DNA of 64,000 bases from Azolla caroliniana (GCA_043228905.1 JBHGNT010000008.1:15128001-15192000), one strand, 5' to 3'; positions 1 to 13,619 are shown, counted from the first letter of the stretch. Program-made: numbers and translations. The notes: a model not told the origin generated them from the sequence alone.

Positions 1-1137
1 CCCGAAGGCATATTGATCAGCCAAACCATTACGCGTTGAATATGGTCTTCAAATTCGGGATGGCAGACTGTAAGTCCGTCTCGACTCCTCTGGATAGAAC
101 CGTCAGGCTTCGCCCCAATACCGGAGAGGTATGCAACCCGACGAGGTTCCGAAAAATTGTCGGAAGCCTTATCTACTTGACAATCACCCGACCCGATCTC
201 AGTTATCCGGTTGGGGTGATCAGTCAATTTATGGCGCGACCTACTGAAGAGCACCTTCAATGTGCGCAACGCGTACTGCGGTACGTAAGCGGTACGTAAG
301 CGGCACTAAGTGTTCTCTCTTGGGAGTGTCGTGATAGCGTGGAGTCGCAAGAAGTAACTGACAGTTGCACTGTCGAGCACCAAAGCCGAGTATAGAGGAA
401 CAGCTGTCGCGACATGCGAAGCAATATGGTTGAAGCGGCTACTTAAGGATCTGCAGGTGGAGGTGTCCGATCCGACGACGATCTACTGCGACAACCTCAG
501 CAGCATCTAGCTCACGAAGAACCCCGTCTTCCATGCACGGACCAAGCACATTGAGGTGCACTACCATTTTGTTCGTGAGCGTGTCCTTTCTAGTGAAGTC
601 GAACTTTAGTATGTTCCGACGGATCGGCAAACCGCCGACATCTTCACCAAGCCTTTTGGTCTAGACAAGTTGCGGCAATTCTCGGGTGCGCTTGGGTTGC
701 GTCACCTCAACGTGCCGAATTTGAGGGGGAGAGACGTCCCAGATGAAAGGGAGTAGGAAAGGAGCGGAAAAGATAGTAGCGTCGAGTCGGATGACGAATT
801 CGACTTCGGATCGGCTGAAGAAGCCGAGGGTGGATCCTCGGATGAGTCCGAAAGCGGACATAAGGGGAGCAGCAGGAAGAAAGAGCCAAAGCCAACCAAG
901 CATGGGGGAGATGACATCGTCAAGGGCAAGAAGACCAAAGACGAGTTGGAGACAGCCAACTCAGATGAGAGCGAAAACCGATCGGAGGTAGCCGAGTCGG
1001 TTTGGATGTTTGATTCAGATACACTGAATCAACCGAGGGCCAACCGGAAAAGAAGGCAGCAGGAGAAGCGCCAACACCGCGACAACAAGGGAGCTGTGAA
1101 GGGCCATGGGAGCAGACAAGCCGACCGGAAGGGTTGA
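1..1137 (+). pseudogene. Degenerate copia pol C-terminus (RT, RNase H) plus a ~140-codon acidic/basic extension
   Basis: In-frame stops and a short deletion in RT/RNase H; the RNase H frame continues past ...LRG to a stop at 1135-1137 with one internal TAG at 754-756. Confidence 0.85.
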
Positions 1138-1248
1138 AGCGCGCGGAGTCGGACAGGCCGAGGAGCGCGAGCGAGGCGTGGTGCCAGGAGAAGCCGGAGC
1201 GTAGAACCGGCAGAGCAGGCGGAACCTCAAGTTGAGCTTGAGGGGGAG

Positions 1249-1651
1249 TGTTGAGAGACAAGCTCAACATTTGTGCATAATACGATGCGTAACTAGTGCG
1301 TAGACTGGGTGCGTAAACTCGGTACGCATAACATGGTTGTAGCGGTGCGTAAACCGCGAGGCCGTTAGAAAGATATTCCTCGTAAGGAATAGTTTTGGGA
1401 GTAAGTGTCGAGGCTCATTTATGAGCAGTCAAGTACTGTTAGTACTTGTGTCAACCCGATTGCTAGGGCTTGTATAAAAGTGCTCATTGAGACAATCGTA
1501 TGTACAGATTGAGTATTATTTTTTAATTAAGTTCTTGTGCCTACTCTCTCTCTATCTCTCTCGTGCGTACTATGCAAACCTAAGATTTCCATTAAACCTA
1601 CGTCTTCTGTTGTTCTGTCTCCTATATTGCTTCCGCACGACATTCTTTTCA
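1249..1651 (+). repeat. 3' LTR of the copia element
   Basis: TGTTGAGAGAC...CTTTTCA; TATAAAA near 1474; matches the LTRs of the copia at 43528-48574. Confidence 0.92.
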
Positions 1652-3211
1652 ATGATGAGAGAAAGAAAAAAGATAGAGAAGAGAAAAGGAAGATAAAAGA
1701 ATACTTCAATATACTATTAGGAAAACAATACAATCCTCTTAGACTCCAAAAGTAACAACCCCAAATACCTACTTCAATATACTATTAGCCGAAATAGTCT
1801 TTCCTTCTTCTCTCTTTCTTCAACTAATCTTCTTCTCACTTCTTCTAATCGTCTTCTTCTTTCTCACTTCTTCTTCCTCACTTCTTCTTCCTCACTTCTT
1901 CTTGTAGATCTTCTATCCCTCCTTGTAGATATTCTACTCTTCCTCCTCCCTTTTGCTAAGAATACCCTCATATTTATAGGTTTTTAGTTGCGTTATTCTT
2001 GCTTTTTTCTTTTCTTTTCTTTTCTTTTACATATCCTCGAGTTTGTGTGATGCGTTTTTCATATCATTATTTCTGGTTTGTCATCTAAATTTATCATACA
2101 AGAAAGCTCTCTTTGTCAGCTTTCTTACAAATCTTTTCTTTTGAAATTTGGACAGGAGATGAGGAATTTATGAGCTTTTTTTCTCTACCTTGCTTTCTCT
2201 ACCTTTGTATGCGTTTTCTCCTTTTTTCTATTTTCTTGCTTTTTCTACTTTTGGGAAACGCCTCTAACTTCATATCCCTTCAATCTCATTCGTCTTTTAA
2301 CTCTTGAACCTTTCATGTTGTGCTTTATTCTTATACACCTTAGCATCTGATGTATCTGCCATGGTCTTTTCGTACGAGCAAAAATTGACTTCATAGTATA
2401 CATTTGAGTGATTGACATACCATCTTTTAGCAATACATGCAAGAAACAAGCCAAAAGCTTTGCTTTGCAAATTTAGAGTTATAGAGATGAAAATTAGAGG
2501 AAGAGACAGAATTCAAACTTGTGATACCACATTTCCATAAATCTAGTGCTCAATCAACCAGGCAACATCCATGTCTACGAGGATTCAAGAGAACATTGAA
2601 TAAAAATACTCAAAGACCTCTGGGTAAATACATTCCACAAAGGATTGCTTGAAGGTTCACTTCCAAGTGCTTGCTTTTACCCAGTTTTCCACGAAAACCC
2701 GTTCATGGAGACTTCCAAATGAACAAAGAAGGGAGAGGATGAGGAAGCAAACAAACATTCATTTGTTGCTTGACGTGCAATAGCATAGAGAAATGAGAAA
2801 ATGAAGGAGCAACCACATGGTTGCTTGATGTAGTACAAAAATTTGTTGTTGCTACTTGGCATTGTCTAACCTCAGCACCTATCCTATGCTCGACAATGCG
2901 AGAGTAGGTTTCATATCATTTCCCTCTATTGCTACCTTTCCCACCTCAATCACATTCAACCTTTTCCGCCTTCTCACATATACCCATACACACACTCCCC
3001 CTTGCACCTTCTTGCTGAATATACCCCTTACTTCCAACAACTATTAAACCTACAATACACTCATATTCCTTCATAATCAATCACATTCAAATATACACAT
3101 ATCCTTATATTCCCACACATTCAATCACAATAAAAAATGTACATACATACTTACATTCACATACATACTAGCACACACACACATTTACACTCAAACATAT
3201 GTTATACTAAA

Positions 3212-3462
3212 AAAACACAATTCTAGACTTACATGGACACATCACATACAAGTAAACTTATATAATCATTCACGAACTTGCACATATATCGCAAGCACTT
3301 AATTCACATACAATTGCACACCTATATATACATATATAAACACAATTCTAGACTTACATGGACACATCACATACAAGTAAACTTATATGATCATTCACGA
3401 ACTTGCACATATATCTCAAGCACTTAATTCACATAGAAATGCACACCTATATATACATATAT
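3212..3462. repeat. Two-unit tandem duplication (~125 bp)
   Basis: AAACACAATTCTAGACTTACATGGACAC...CCTATATATACATATAT occurs twice in a row. Confidence 0.9.
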
Positions 3463-5287
3463 ATTCATATTTACATATTTTTTGTTGATCAAAATACAAC
3501 TATACAATATTACAAAGGAAACAATAAACATTTATACCTATAGGCTATAACTATATACATGATCACACATTTGCACTCCTACAACTGGATACATACATTA
3601 GCTCATAATTACTCTACTTACCTATAGAAATAGAAACACAAAAGTTACAATAAATGAGTAAGCATTCAAACAAATTCTTGAAGGGCTACCATTCACTTGG
3701 AAGCTACATTTGAGAAAAAAGGAAAATTTTAACTGCTTTGAGACATATTAAATGAGAAGTTCATCACCCACAATTCTACATCAAGGATTACATCATTTGG
3801 TCCAAGTGCTCAGTGATCCCATTTAGTCTTCACATGCACACCCATTAATTTTCCACAATATCATTCTCAAATCCCATTTATGTCAATTGAGAACTAAAGA
3901 TACTAATCCCAAACCTTGTGTATAATATAATGGGTATGGGTTTTACCTTCACCATCATTGGAACAATAAATCTATTTGCATTATGCTCAAATTGGGCTAG
4001 TATTACATTCACTTATTATGTTTATTTTATTTAGGTTTCTTCTATGACTTTTTGTTCTTGTGGTGCCATCTTGAGCACATCGTTCCAAGGTTCAAGGTTC
4101 AATCTGAAAACATCTTCGATGTTGGCCTCAACTTGTTATTTAAGAATTTATTTAGACCTTTGAGCTGAAATCAAGACGTGCGCTCACCAATTGCTAATTG
4201 CACCTTCAAGATTAATAGTGTTAATAGATGGCTGATTTTAATCTTTCTTGCTATTTTTTTTTATCTAACGTCATTGTTAGGCCTTGATGTTTGTTAACCT
4301 TGTGGTAACAGAATTTTCTACTAATAGTTTCTCCTAGGAGGTCTTATTACCTCTTGATGGAAGGTCATTCCTCCTAGACAATCTAGCCTTGAGATTCTTA
4401 TCTTATGTAACTAACAATACATTAGATTTTGCTCTTCATAGATGAGGTTAGAATATTCATGGAGATTTCACATTTTCCCCAGGGTATGGTACATTTCCAT
4501 ATATTATAGCAATATTTAATGTATTCACCAACAACCTCCTCTTGCTCACAACCTTCCACCATTCTATGGATTTGTCAGATTGCCTTGTGAGAGGCTCTAC
4601 TTGCTTTGAACATATTTTGTTTTCATTTCATTTATCATATTGTTCCCTATTCATATTGGTTGATCCATTGTATAATTTTTCAAGCTTGATTAACTACCCA
4701 TACCCCCAATTTTGTGCCACAACCATTAGTAACTTCTTGTTAATTCTCTTCTTCTTTTTCAAGGAAACATGTATGAGGTTATCTCAATCATACCTTTCTA
4801 GAAAATTTAGTCATACTTTTAGTGTTACTTCCAAGAGATATGAATAATAGCAGAAATGCCCAAGTTTCCAATGTTTGACAAGTAGTTAGCACCTCTATAT
4901 AGTCATGAATGTGAAAAATGTTGTGTCAAGCTTCCTTGCTAGACATTTCCTATCCCTCTCTCCTTTAACATTGTTCCTAAAGATGTTTTGGATATATGCC
5001 AAATGCACCTCATTTTTATGAGAGACTTCCTAAATTGACACACTTAATGGATTTTTTTCCACTTTAAATTATAAGTTAAAACTTTAAGTAACTGCATGGA
5101 TTCACCAAATGTAAAATTTAATTAATCATAAAAAATATTCTTCTTAAAATGGAATGCATAATAAAGGCAACAATTAAGTATTTGCTCGACATCGAGTTAT
5201 TTGCGTGGGAGAAGATGACAAGTCTTTCAAATTTCTAAATTCACATTTTGGATATAGGTATTTTATATAGTTTAGTATTCTAAGTTC

Positions 5288-6805
5288 CTACAACTTATAT
5301 AGCTCAATGACACTAAATTCATTTATCTTGGATTTTACTTCAAGACGAGCAAAACCAGCACTTTTAGCAAGATTCTCAACCTCTTCTTGGGTTCGTTCTC
5401 TACCTCCAATGGTTTGGGTAAACATATAAAGATCCAAATGGTAACCAACACGAGCTCTCAAGTCCCGTTCGATACCCATCGGTAATATTGCATCAATTAT
5501 AATGACTTTTCCATTATTCAATAATGCCTTGTAGCAATTCTCTAATATCTTCATGCAATGTTCGTCGCTCCAATCGTGCAAAACCGTCTATGCAATGTTA
5601 AATCTTGTTAGTTTTGTGCAAAGTCATTTAGACATAAAAGAATAATAAACTTATATGAATTTATTGGTACCAATAAATTTGTTAAATTTTAGAATGTCAG
5701 TGCATATATAGTTGAGCTAAGCGCAAATAATGGCATTCTAATTGTATATTTTATTCAAAATATATTGTTCGATGCATTCTCATTATTTGGGTTTTGTTAA
5801 CAATGCATGAGACTATACATATTAATTAATACAGAAGGGATTTGAACCTTCATGAAAATTGCATCAGCTTGAGGTATTTCAATAAACATGTCACCTCCCA
5901 CATGCTCGATTCCTTATATCAAAAAATAGTAAAATGAAATATATCAAAATTACTTATTTTTTAGTCTTCACGAACATTTCAAATTCATTATGTATATCAA
6001 ACAATAGATGTGCTTGCCATAATTGCATACCTGAATAATTTGGGGCTAGAGAAATGACATGTGGTTGGTCAAAGTTTATACCACGAATGTGGGGAAAGCG
6101 AGAGATGATCAAATGAAGTGATGATCCATGGCCACCACCAACATCAACGAGTATATTTATATCATCGAAACACGTGGGATAAGAGTCGAGGAGGTCACGA
6201 ATGGGGATAGTGCTACCATTGGCCATAGCAGTGTTGAAGATGGAACCAAAGTGTGGATCATGTTGGCCATATTCAAAAACATCTAGACCATCATGGGCCT
6301 TGGCGAAGGGTTGGCCACCATCAAGAACAGCCTCATGTAAGACATGCCAAGATTTAATAGTAACAGGGTCTACACAGAGTCGCAGTAGTGGTGCCAAAGA
6401 GGATCCATTCTGGACAAAATATTGGCTAACTAAGTTAAGACCATATCTTCTTGTTGGGTGCTTAGTGAAGGGATCAAGACCAATGTCCGCATGAACAACA
6501 CCATGACTAGCCACCACTCTCAAAAGTCTATCTAATGCTACGGAAACTCTTATATTGGCATCTGGTACGACACTACTACTCATTCGTGACACTATTTCTT
6601 CGACTGAATATAACCCTCGTTCCATACCCTCCTCCTTTTCTATATCTGCATTTGCCATGACATCAAAGACTTTCAATTTTATGAGTGTGTTAATGGCCAT
6701 GGGCAAACAACACAATAAGCTCAATTCTACTCCCCTCAACCATGCTTCATTTTCCACTCCCTCACCCATCACCCCAAGCATCGACTCATTAACAATGTCA
6801 CCCAT
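5288..6805 (-). CDS. Caffeic acid O-methyltransferase-like class II plant OMT (Methyltransf_2); 3 exons 6805-6031, 5912-5848, 5587-5288; about 379 aa
   Basis: Dimerisation domain, LVDVGGGHG SAM motif, FDQPHVI, GIEHVGGDMF (65-bp exon typical of COMT genes), K-TVLHDWSDEHC, GGRERTQEE; GT-AG junctions give an uninterrupted 1140-nt frame. Substrate cannot be determined from sequence. Confidence 0.95.
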
Positions 6806-6808
6806 CCT

Positions 6809-7617
6809 CAATGTCTCTCTCTCTCTCTCTCTCTCTCCCTCTCTAGATCTGTCTATCCCTCTCTGTTCTAGGTGACTTTCTTATATAGCCTCATCATAGG
6901 GTATTTGTCTTGTCATATGATATAGACTTTCATATATAATCACAAGAAACAAGATTGAGAAGAAAACCAGAAAAGTAAAACTGAGCACGCTACTACCAAA
7001 CAATCAATTTCAATGTCTCTCTCTCTCTCTCTCTCTCCCTCTCTAGATCTGTCTATCCCTCTCTGTTCTAGGTGACTTTCTTATATAGCCTCATCATAGG
7101 GTATTTGTCTTGTCATATGATATAGACTTTCATATATAATCACAAGAAACAAGATTGAGAAGAAAACCAGAAAAGTAAAACTGAGCACGGTACTACCAAA
7201 CAATCAATTTCAATGTCTCTCTCTCTCTCTCTCTCTCTCCCTCTCTAGATCTGTCTATCCCTCTCTGTTCTAGGTGACTTTCTTATATAGCCTCATCATA
7301 GGGTATTTGTCTTGTCATATGATATAGACTTTCATATATAATCACAAGAAACAAGATTGAGAAGAAAACCAGAAAAGTAAAACTGAGCACGCTACTACCA
7401 AACAATCAATTTCAATGTCTCTCTCTCTCTCTCTCTCTCTCTCCCTCTCTAGATCTGTCTATCCCTCTCTGTTCTAGGTGACTTTCTTATATAGCCTCAT
7501 CATAGGGTATTTGTCTTGTCATATGATATAGACTTTCATATATAATCACAAGAAACAAGATTGAGAAGAAAACCAGAAAAGTAAAACTGAGCACGCTACT
7601 ACCAAACAATCAATTTC
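6809..7617 (-). promoter_or_regulatory. Four near-identical ~200-205 bp tandem copies of the OMT proximal promoter/5'UTR
   Basis: Units start at 6809, 7011, 7211 and 7413; each has a (GA)n tract, a minus-strand TATATAAG and CTACCAAAC (fits the AC-element/SMRE MYB consensus). Confidence 0.9.
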
Positions 7618-7744
7618 TATGTCAAGTAGGCCCAAATGAATGTAATGCTTTTGTCTTTCCTTTTTTAAATGCTAAACGACCAATTTCTATCTGAATTCCT
7701 ATGCAACGTAACATGTCACACAATAGATTCATTGCACAGAAGAT

Positions 7745-8460
7745 AAATGAAACACACATTAGCGTGCACATTTCTACCAAAAGAGAGAGCCAGTAATCTG
7801 CTGCAGAAGACATAGTATCAACCAAAGCGCCTCAAAATTGTGGCTCTTAAGAGTGTCAAAACGGAGCACAGACCAACGCGAGGTTGAGAAGGAAAACCAC
7901 AAACTCATACATGATTACTTAAATTTGGAATATATTTCTTCGATGACAGGCAGAAAATTTGGAATATATTTTCTCGATCGTAGGATTATACAATGTGTGT
8001 GTGTATGTGTGTTTCGTTGACAAGCGTCGGAAAAATGTAGGGAGTTTGCATCCTACTGTGCAAAAGAGGAAAGTGTACATAAAGAGAGTCTAGATGGATG
8101 TAGCTTAATTGGTAAGGTTGCACAATGGAGACCTGAGGGTTATGGGTTCAACCCTTACAATCCAGAGTGGCATCTAGTAAATTAAGACTGAAGTGATATC
8201 TATGGAGTAATAGAGAGGTAAGCAAATTGGCTTTCGAATCTAAGACTTCGTGTACATTAATAGTGGAGTGCACCAAAAAACAACAAGGGGGGAGGACATA
8301 ATGGGTTTGCCATTTGGATTGGTTCCAAGGCAAGTTTTTTTTTGTTTTGTTTTGGGAGGGTTTTGTCATAAGTTTTGGTTTGGTTTGGTTTGGTTTGGTT
8401 TGCTTGGAGTTTGGTAAGACGTCAAAGATTTAGAAAGCAAACAAAAATTACCGAAAAAGT

Positions 8461-8507
<47 letters not shown>

Positions 8508-9931
8508 TTCCAAAGATCATACAAATTGGGATGTAAATCTAGCAAATCGGGTTTCGAACTGAAGACATAGTGCACACTAATAGTGGAGGGCAACAAAAAA
8601 TAACAAGGGGGGGAGGAGGACACAATGTGTTTGCCATTTGGATTGGTTCGAAGTGAAGCTTTTTTTTTGTTTTGTTTTGGGGGGGTTTTGCCATGAGTCT
8701 TGATTTGCTTTGCTTTGCTTGGAGTTTGGTAAGACGTCAAAGATTTAGAAAGCAAACAACAATTACCGAAAAAGTGGAGAGAGAGGGAGGGAGAGAGAGA
8801 GAAACATGTTCCAAAGATCATACAACTTGGGATGTATGTGCGTGTGTCTTATCTCTCTAGAAAGCATGAGGTCCCCAAAACTGTTGCTTTCTATACACAC
8901 ACACCCACACACCACATGTAGATAGAGAGAGAGAGAGAGAGAGATAGAGAGAGAGAGAGTTTGCATTGTATTGTGCAAAAGAGGAAAGTGTAGATAGAGA
9001 TAGTCCAGATGGATGTAGCTCAATTGGTAAGGTTGCCCAATGGAGACCCAAGGGCTATGTGTTGAACCTTTACAATCAAGAGTGGCATGTAGTAAATTTA
9101 GACTCAAGAGATAAGTAGGGAGTAACAGAGAGGTAAGCAAATCTGGTATCGAACCTAAGACATAGTGCACACTAATAATGGAGAGCAACAAAAAACAACA
9201 AAGGGGGGAGGAGTGCGTAATGTGTTTGCCATTTGGATTGGTTCGAAGAGAAGCTTTTGTTTTGCGGGGGTTTTGCCATGAGTCTTTATTTGATTTGCTT
9301 TGCTTGGAGTTTGGTAAGACATCAAATATTTAGAAAGCAAACAAAAATCACTGAAAAAGTGAAGAGAGAGGGAGAGAGAGAGAGAGAGAGAGAGAGAATT
9401 GTGTTCCAAAGATCTTCTAGATAGGGATGTATGTGTGTGTGTCTTATCTCTCTAGAAAGCACGAGGTCCTCAAAACTCCGGCTTTCTATACAGACACACA
9501 CACACACCACATGTAGAGAGAGAGAGAGTTTGAATTGTATTGTGCAAAAGAGGAAAGTGTACATAGAGATAGTCCAGATGGATGTAGCTCAATTGGACAG
9601 GTTGCCCAATGGAGACCCAAGGGTTATGTGTTGAGCCCTTACAATCAAGAGTGGCATCTAGTAAATTTAGATTCAAGAGATATGTATGAAGTAACAGAGA
9701 GGTAAGCAAATCGGGTTTCGAACCTAAGACATAGTGCACACTATAATAGTGGAGAGCAACAAAAAACAATAAGGGGGGGAGGAGGACTTAATGCGTTTGC
9801 CATTTGGATTGGTTCGAAGAGAAGCTTTTTTTTTGTTTTGTTTTGAGGGGGTTTGCCATGAGTCTTGATTTAATTTGGTGAAAGATTTCGAAAGCAAACA
9901 AAATCACTGAAAAAGTGTAGAGAGATGAGAG

Positions 9932-9986
<55 letters not shown>

Positions 9987-10569
9987 TGTTCCAAAGATCG
10001 TACACGTTGGGATGTATGTGTGTGTCCTATCTCATTAAAAATCACGAGGTCCCCAAAACCCTACTTTCTATATATACAGACACACCCACACACCACACGT
10101 AGAGAGAGAGAGAGAGAGAAAGTGCAACCAAACAAAGGAAGTGCACAATCTAAAATATATCGATTTTCAGAAAAATAAAGAATGCATGTGTAAAGTACAT
10201 ACATACATATAACATATATACTTGGTTTGCAATGTTCGTTGGTGGGTTGTGCTCATTTCTTCTTCTTCTTATTAAAACAAAACAAAAATAAAAAAATAAA
10301 AATGAAGAAGAAGAAGAAGATCACTTAAACACACATTAGCTTGCACATTTCTACCAAAAGAGAGAGGTAGTAATGTGCTGCCGAAGACATAGCATCAACT
10401 AAAGCACCTCAAAACTGTGGCGCTTAAAAGCGTCAAAACCAAGCACAGACAAATGGGAGGTTGAGAAGGAAGGCAACAAACTCAGACATGATTGCTTAAA
10501 GTTGGAATATATTTCTTCGATGACAAGCAGAAAATTTGGAACATGTTTTTTCAATGGCAAGCTTATGCA

Positions 10570-10609
<40 letters not shown>

Positions 10610-11085
10610 CGTTGACAAACGTCGGAAAAATATAGGGAGTTGGCATTATACTATGCAAAAGAGGAAAGTGTACATAGAGAGAGTTCGGATGGATGTAGCA
10701 TTTAGTAAATTAAGACTGAAGAGATATCTATGGAGTAACAGAGAGGTAAGCAAATTGTGTTTCAAACCTAAGACATAGGGCACACTAATATTGGAGAGCA
10801 ACAAAAAACAGCAAGGGGTGGAGGAGGACGTAATGGGTTTGCCATTTGGATTGGTTTGAAGAGAAACTTTTTTTTGTTTTGTTTTGGGGGGGGATTTGCC
10901 ATGAGTCTTGATTTGCTTTACTTTGCTTGGAATTTGCTAAGATGTCAAAGATTTTAAAGACAAACAAAAAACACCCAAAAATGGAAGAGAGAGAGAGATG
11001 CCCCCAAAACTCCTGCTTATCTCTCTAGAAATCACGAGGTCCCCAAAAATCCTGCTTTTTATACACACACACACACACCCCACAC

Positions 11086-11124
<39 letters not shown>

Positions 11125-11250
11125 CAAAGTGCAACCAAACAAAGTGCACAATCTAAAGTATATCAAATTTCAGAGAAATAAAGAAAATGACAAAAACAAA
11201 AATGAAGAATAAGAAGAAAAAGAAGATCACTGAAACACACATTAGCTTGC
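7745..11250. repeat. Degenerate higher-order tandem repeat (~0.5 kb units with GA/CA microsatellites) containing tRNA-like heads
   Basis: GTTTGCCATTTGGATTGGTT recurs near 8305, 8630, 9225, 9795 and 10837; 7745-8100 is repeated at ~10330-10700. Confidence 0.85.
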
Positions 11251-11809
11251 GAATAAAAGTATGCGAGTGGAAACACTATTATAACTAATTAGCTGGTAAA
11301 ATGGTCATAGCTATCTAGTTTTTTGTGGGCAAATCATAAGGGTCATTTACGAAATTTTATGCTTTATTAGTTAAATACATGTCATTTAATTTATGAGAAT
11401 GCTCAAAAAATTGAACTTTGGTTTCTAACCTACTGGAATTTAGGGAACAATTCCCTCATCTAAACTCGACTTGAATGTCACCAAATTCTTTTAATCCTTA
11501 GTTTGAGTTCGAAATCCAAACAGATGGAGTACTCTAAGCATGAATGCAGATAAAGCTCCTGCAATAGCACAAAAACTTTAATATCGACATTGCACGTTAA
11601 GAGCTACAACACACCACCAGTTCGATCCTCGTCGAAGTATGTATCAGGATTTAGGGTTTAAAAAAAAAAATACATTTCTGATAACTGTAACTTTGTTGCA
11701 TGTTCATCATTTATAAAAAATGATTAGGGCGAAGTCATTGGAGTCCCAAACAAGGATGTCTTGAAGATCGGGGTGTAGTAGCAGGTGTGTTTCTAATTGA
11801 GAATTTTTT

Positions 11810-12050
11810 TGATTAGGGTTGATTTCATACATATTTCAGATTAGGGTTTTTGATTTCCTTAAGCAGTTGATTTCTGATTAGGGTTTCTTATTAAGGTTTT
11901 TTATTAGGTTTTCTGATTTCCTTAAGCGGTTGATTTGTGATTAGGGTTTCTTATTAAGGTTTTTTATTATGGTTTCTGATTTCCTTAAGCAGTTGATTTC
12001 TAATTAGGGTTTCTAAATAAGGTTTCAGATTTTTTAAGTTATTGATTTCT
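11810..12050. repeat. Short tandem repeats (~62 bp) rich in TTAGGGTTT telo-box motifs
   Basis: GATTAGGGTTTCTTATTAAGGTTTTTTATTA...TTCCTTAAGC repeated about three times. Confidence 0.75.
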
Positions 12051-12414
12051 GATTACTGTTGAAAATGTCAAATTTAGTGTTGGAATTTTGCACCAATTCA
12101 CATTTTTGATTTCAATGGTTGTGTGTCTACCAACTTCCCCCAAACTTCATTTAGGATTTGGGTGAATGTGGTTGATTTTTTATTTTTGATTATTCCATAC
12201 TAATTATGGTTCTTAATACACATGTCCTAGTAGAGCCGAGGTAACATGTATTGATTTTTTATTTCATGTGCCTCATTCCTCCATATCCTAGAGTGTTGAA
12301 CTTTGCAAAGTTTTGCGAGACAAAAGAGAACTTTAACAACATATATGGTCTGTCGCTAGAGGGTATTAACCCTGCTGTTCTAACAAATAAATTGATTAAT
12401 GATGTTTAAACTAG

Positions 12415-13560
12415 TTGTCAGTCTATAAAGTGCCCAGAGTGAAAGGCAAGGTGAAGCTCAAGCATGTACGACCGGAGTTGTATGACAACTGCATGAGGCT
12501 CCACCAGAAAGTACATCAAGAGATCCCAATCAACAACGAGTTGTCCGTTGCATTCGGGAGAGCTTTTGCATACGAGTATTACAAAACAGCGAAGGAAGCA
12601 ATGAACCCTGAAATGTACAAGGTAGCTTGGGCTATTTATGGTGAGGCATCGGTAGAATGATGACGGAAGATTGGAGCTTGCAACAAAAAATGGCAAGATT
12701 TTGGAGCATGGCAGTTTGATGATGCAATTGCTGACTTCCAACAAACCTGCAAGTATACACCACATCGAAACACAATGAAATCCAATGTCGATGATACAAG
12801 TGAGACATTGATTAGCTATATGTTGAAAAATATCCATGAAGCCGGTGAGATATTAGAGGCAACAAAGACTGATTTAGAGAAAGCAACATTAGCTGTTGCG
12901 ATGGAGAGCAAAGTCACTTTTGCATTAACAATAATCAGAAATAAGATTCAGGTAACTATTGTTTTGTTGGTATGTAACATGTTATAAATAACTTGTACAT
13001 GAAGATGTGCTTAGTCAGGCATTATCTGGAACAAGTTGCTCAACATGTGCTTGAAATTGAGAGGTCGTTGGGTCCCCAATGGAAAATACAACTGCCGACA
13101 GAGATCCAAGTTCTTTCAATGAACCTGGACCTTCTAGGTGTAAATATTGTCGCTAATTACAATTTGCAGAACCTCCAAGTAAGTTAATGATTCTTATTTC
13201 TTGTTGTTCTATCTTCCTCATTAAGGAATGATAAATTGGTAATTTCTTGGTTGCGTTCTAGGAACAATACTCCTGTCAACAACAAGTAGTTAGTTGCCTT
13301 AAGAAGCATCTACATTTTGTGGAGGGGATGGTAAAGAGCTGACAAGAATTGGACCTCAACATTCTTGCTCCCTTACGAAACGAAAGAGAACCAGGCAATG
13401 ATATATTGACTGTTCAAGCACGTTGCATCGCTTGCAGCTTAGGCGTAGAGGACAAAACTACTACTCTGTTGGTACCCCTATGACCATGCCACGACACATA
13501 CCATATTGTTTGTTTTTAATATGCCTGTCACATTGCTATAGTCTATTTGGGGGATTGCAA
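12415..13560 (+). pseudogene. Decayed multi-exon gene, probably TE-borne, with a coiled-coil-like part and a C-terminal RING-like Zn finger
   Basis: Coding-like fragments separated by GT..AG intron-like segments; RCIAC...PCHDTYHIVC at 13421-13513; internal stops. Confidence 0.5.
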
Positions 13561-13619
13561 TATAGCTCTCCTAGATGAGTGAAGAAAACTTACAAGTAAA
13601 ATTGTTGCTTGGCTCTATA

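Larger units (their letters stand above)
1..1651 (+). mobile_element. Ty1/copia LTR retrotransposon, 3' part (RT/RNase H remnant, extension, PPT, 3' LTR); runs off the window start
   Basis: Copia RT/RNase H motifs ([50 protein letters not shown]) with stops; PPT GAGGGGGAG ends at 1248, then a TG...CA LTR at 1249-1651 homologous to the LTRs at 43528-43929 and 48173-48574. Confidence 0.95.

Noticed and set aside
2300-4900. Possible minus-strand coding remnants
   Set aside because: Stop-ridden with no motif I can identify confidently; probably old TE debris.
5954-6030. C-terminal MQLWQAHLLF... of the 285-aa ORF
   Set aside because: Read-through into intron 1 of the OMT gene.
7622-11149. Short ORFs with SLSLSL/CVCV/ERER runs
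   Set aside because: Translations of microsatellites within tandem repeats.
11274-11300. CACTA transposon terminus
   Set aside because: No matching inverted terminus or TnpA/TnpD remnant found, and homology to 35900 extends upstream of CACTA.
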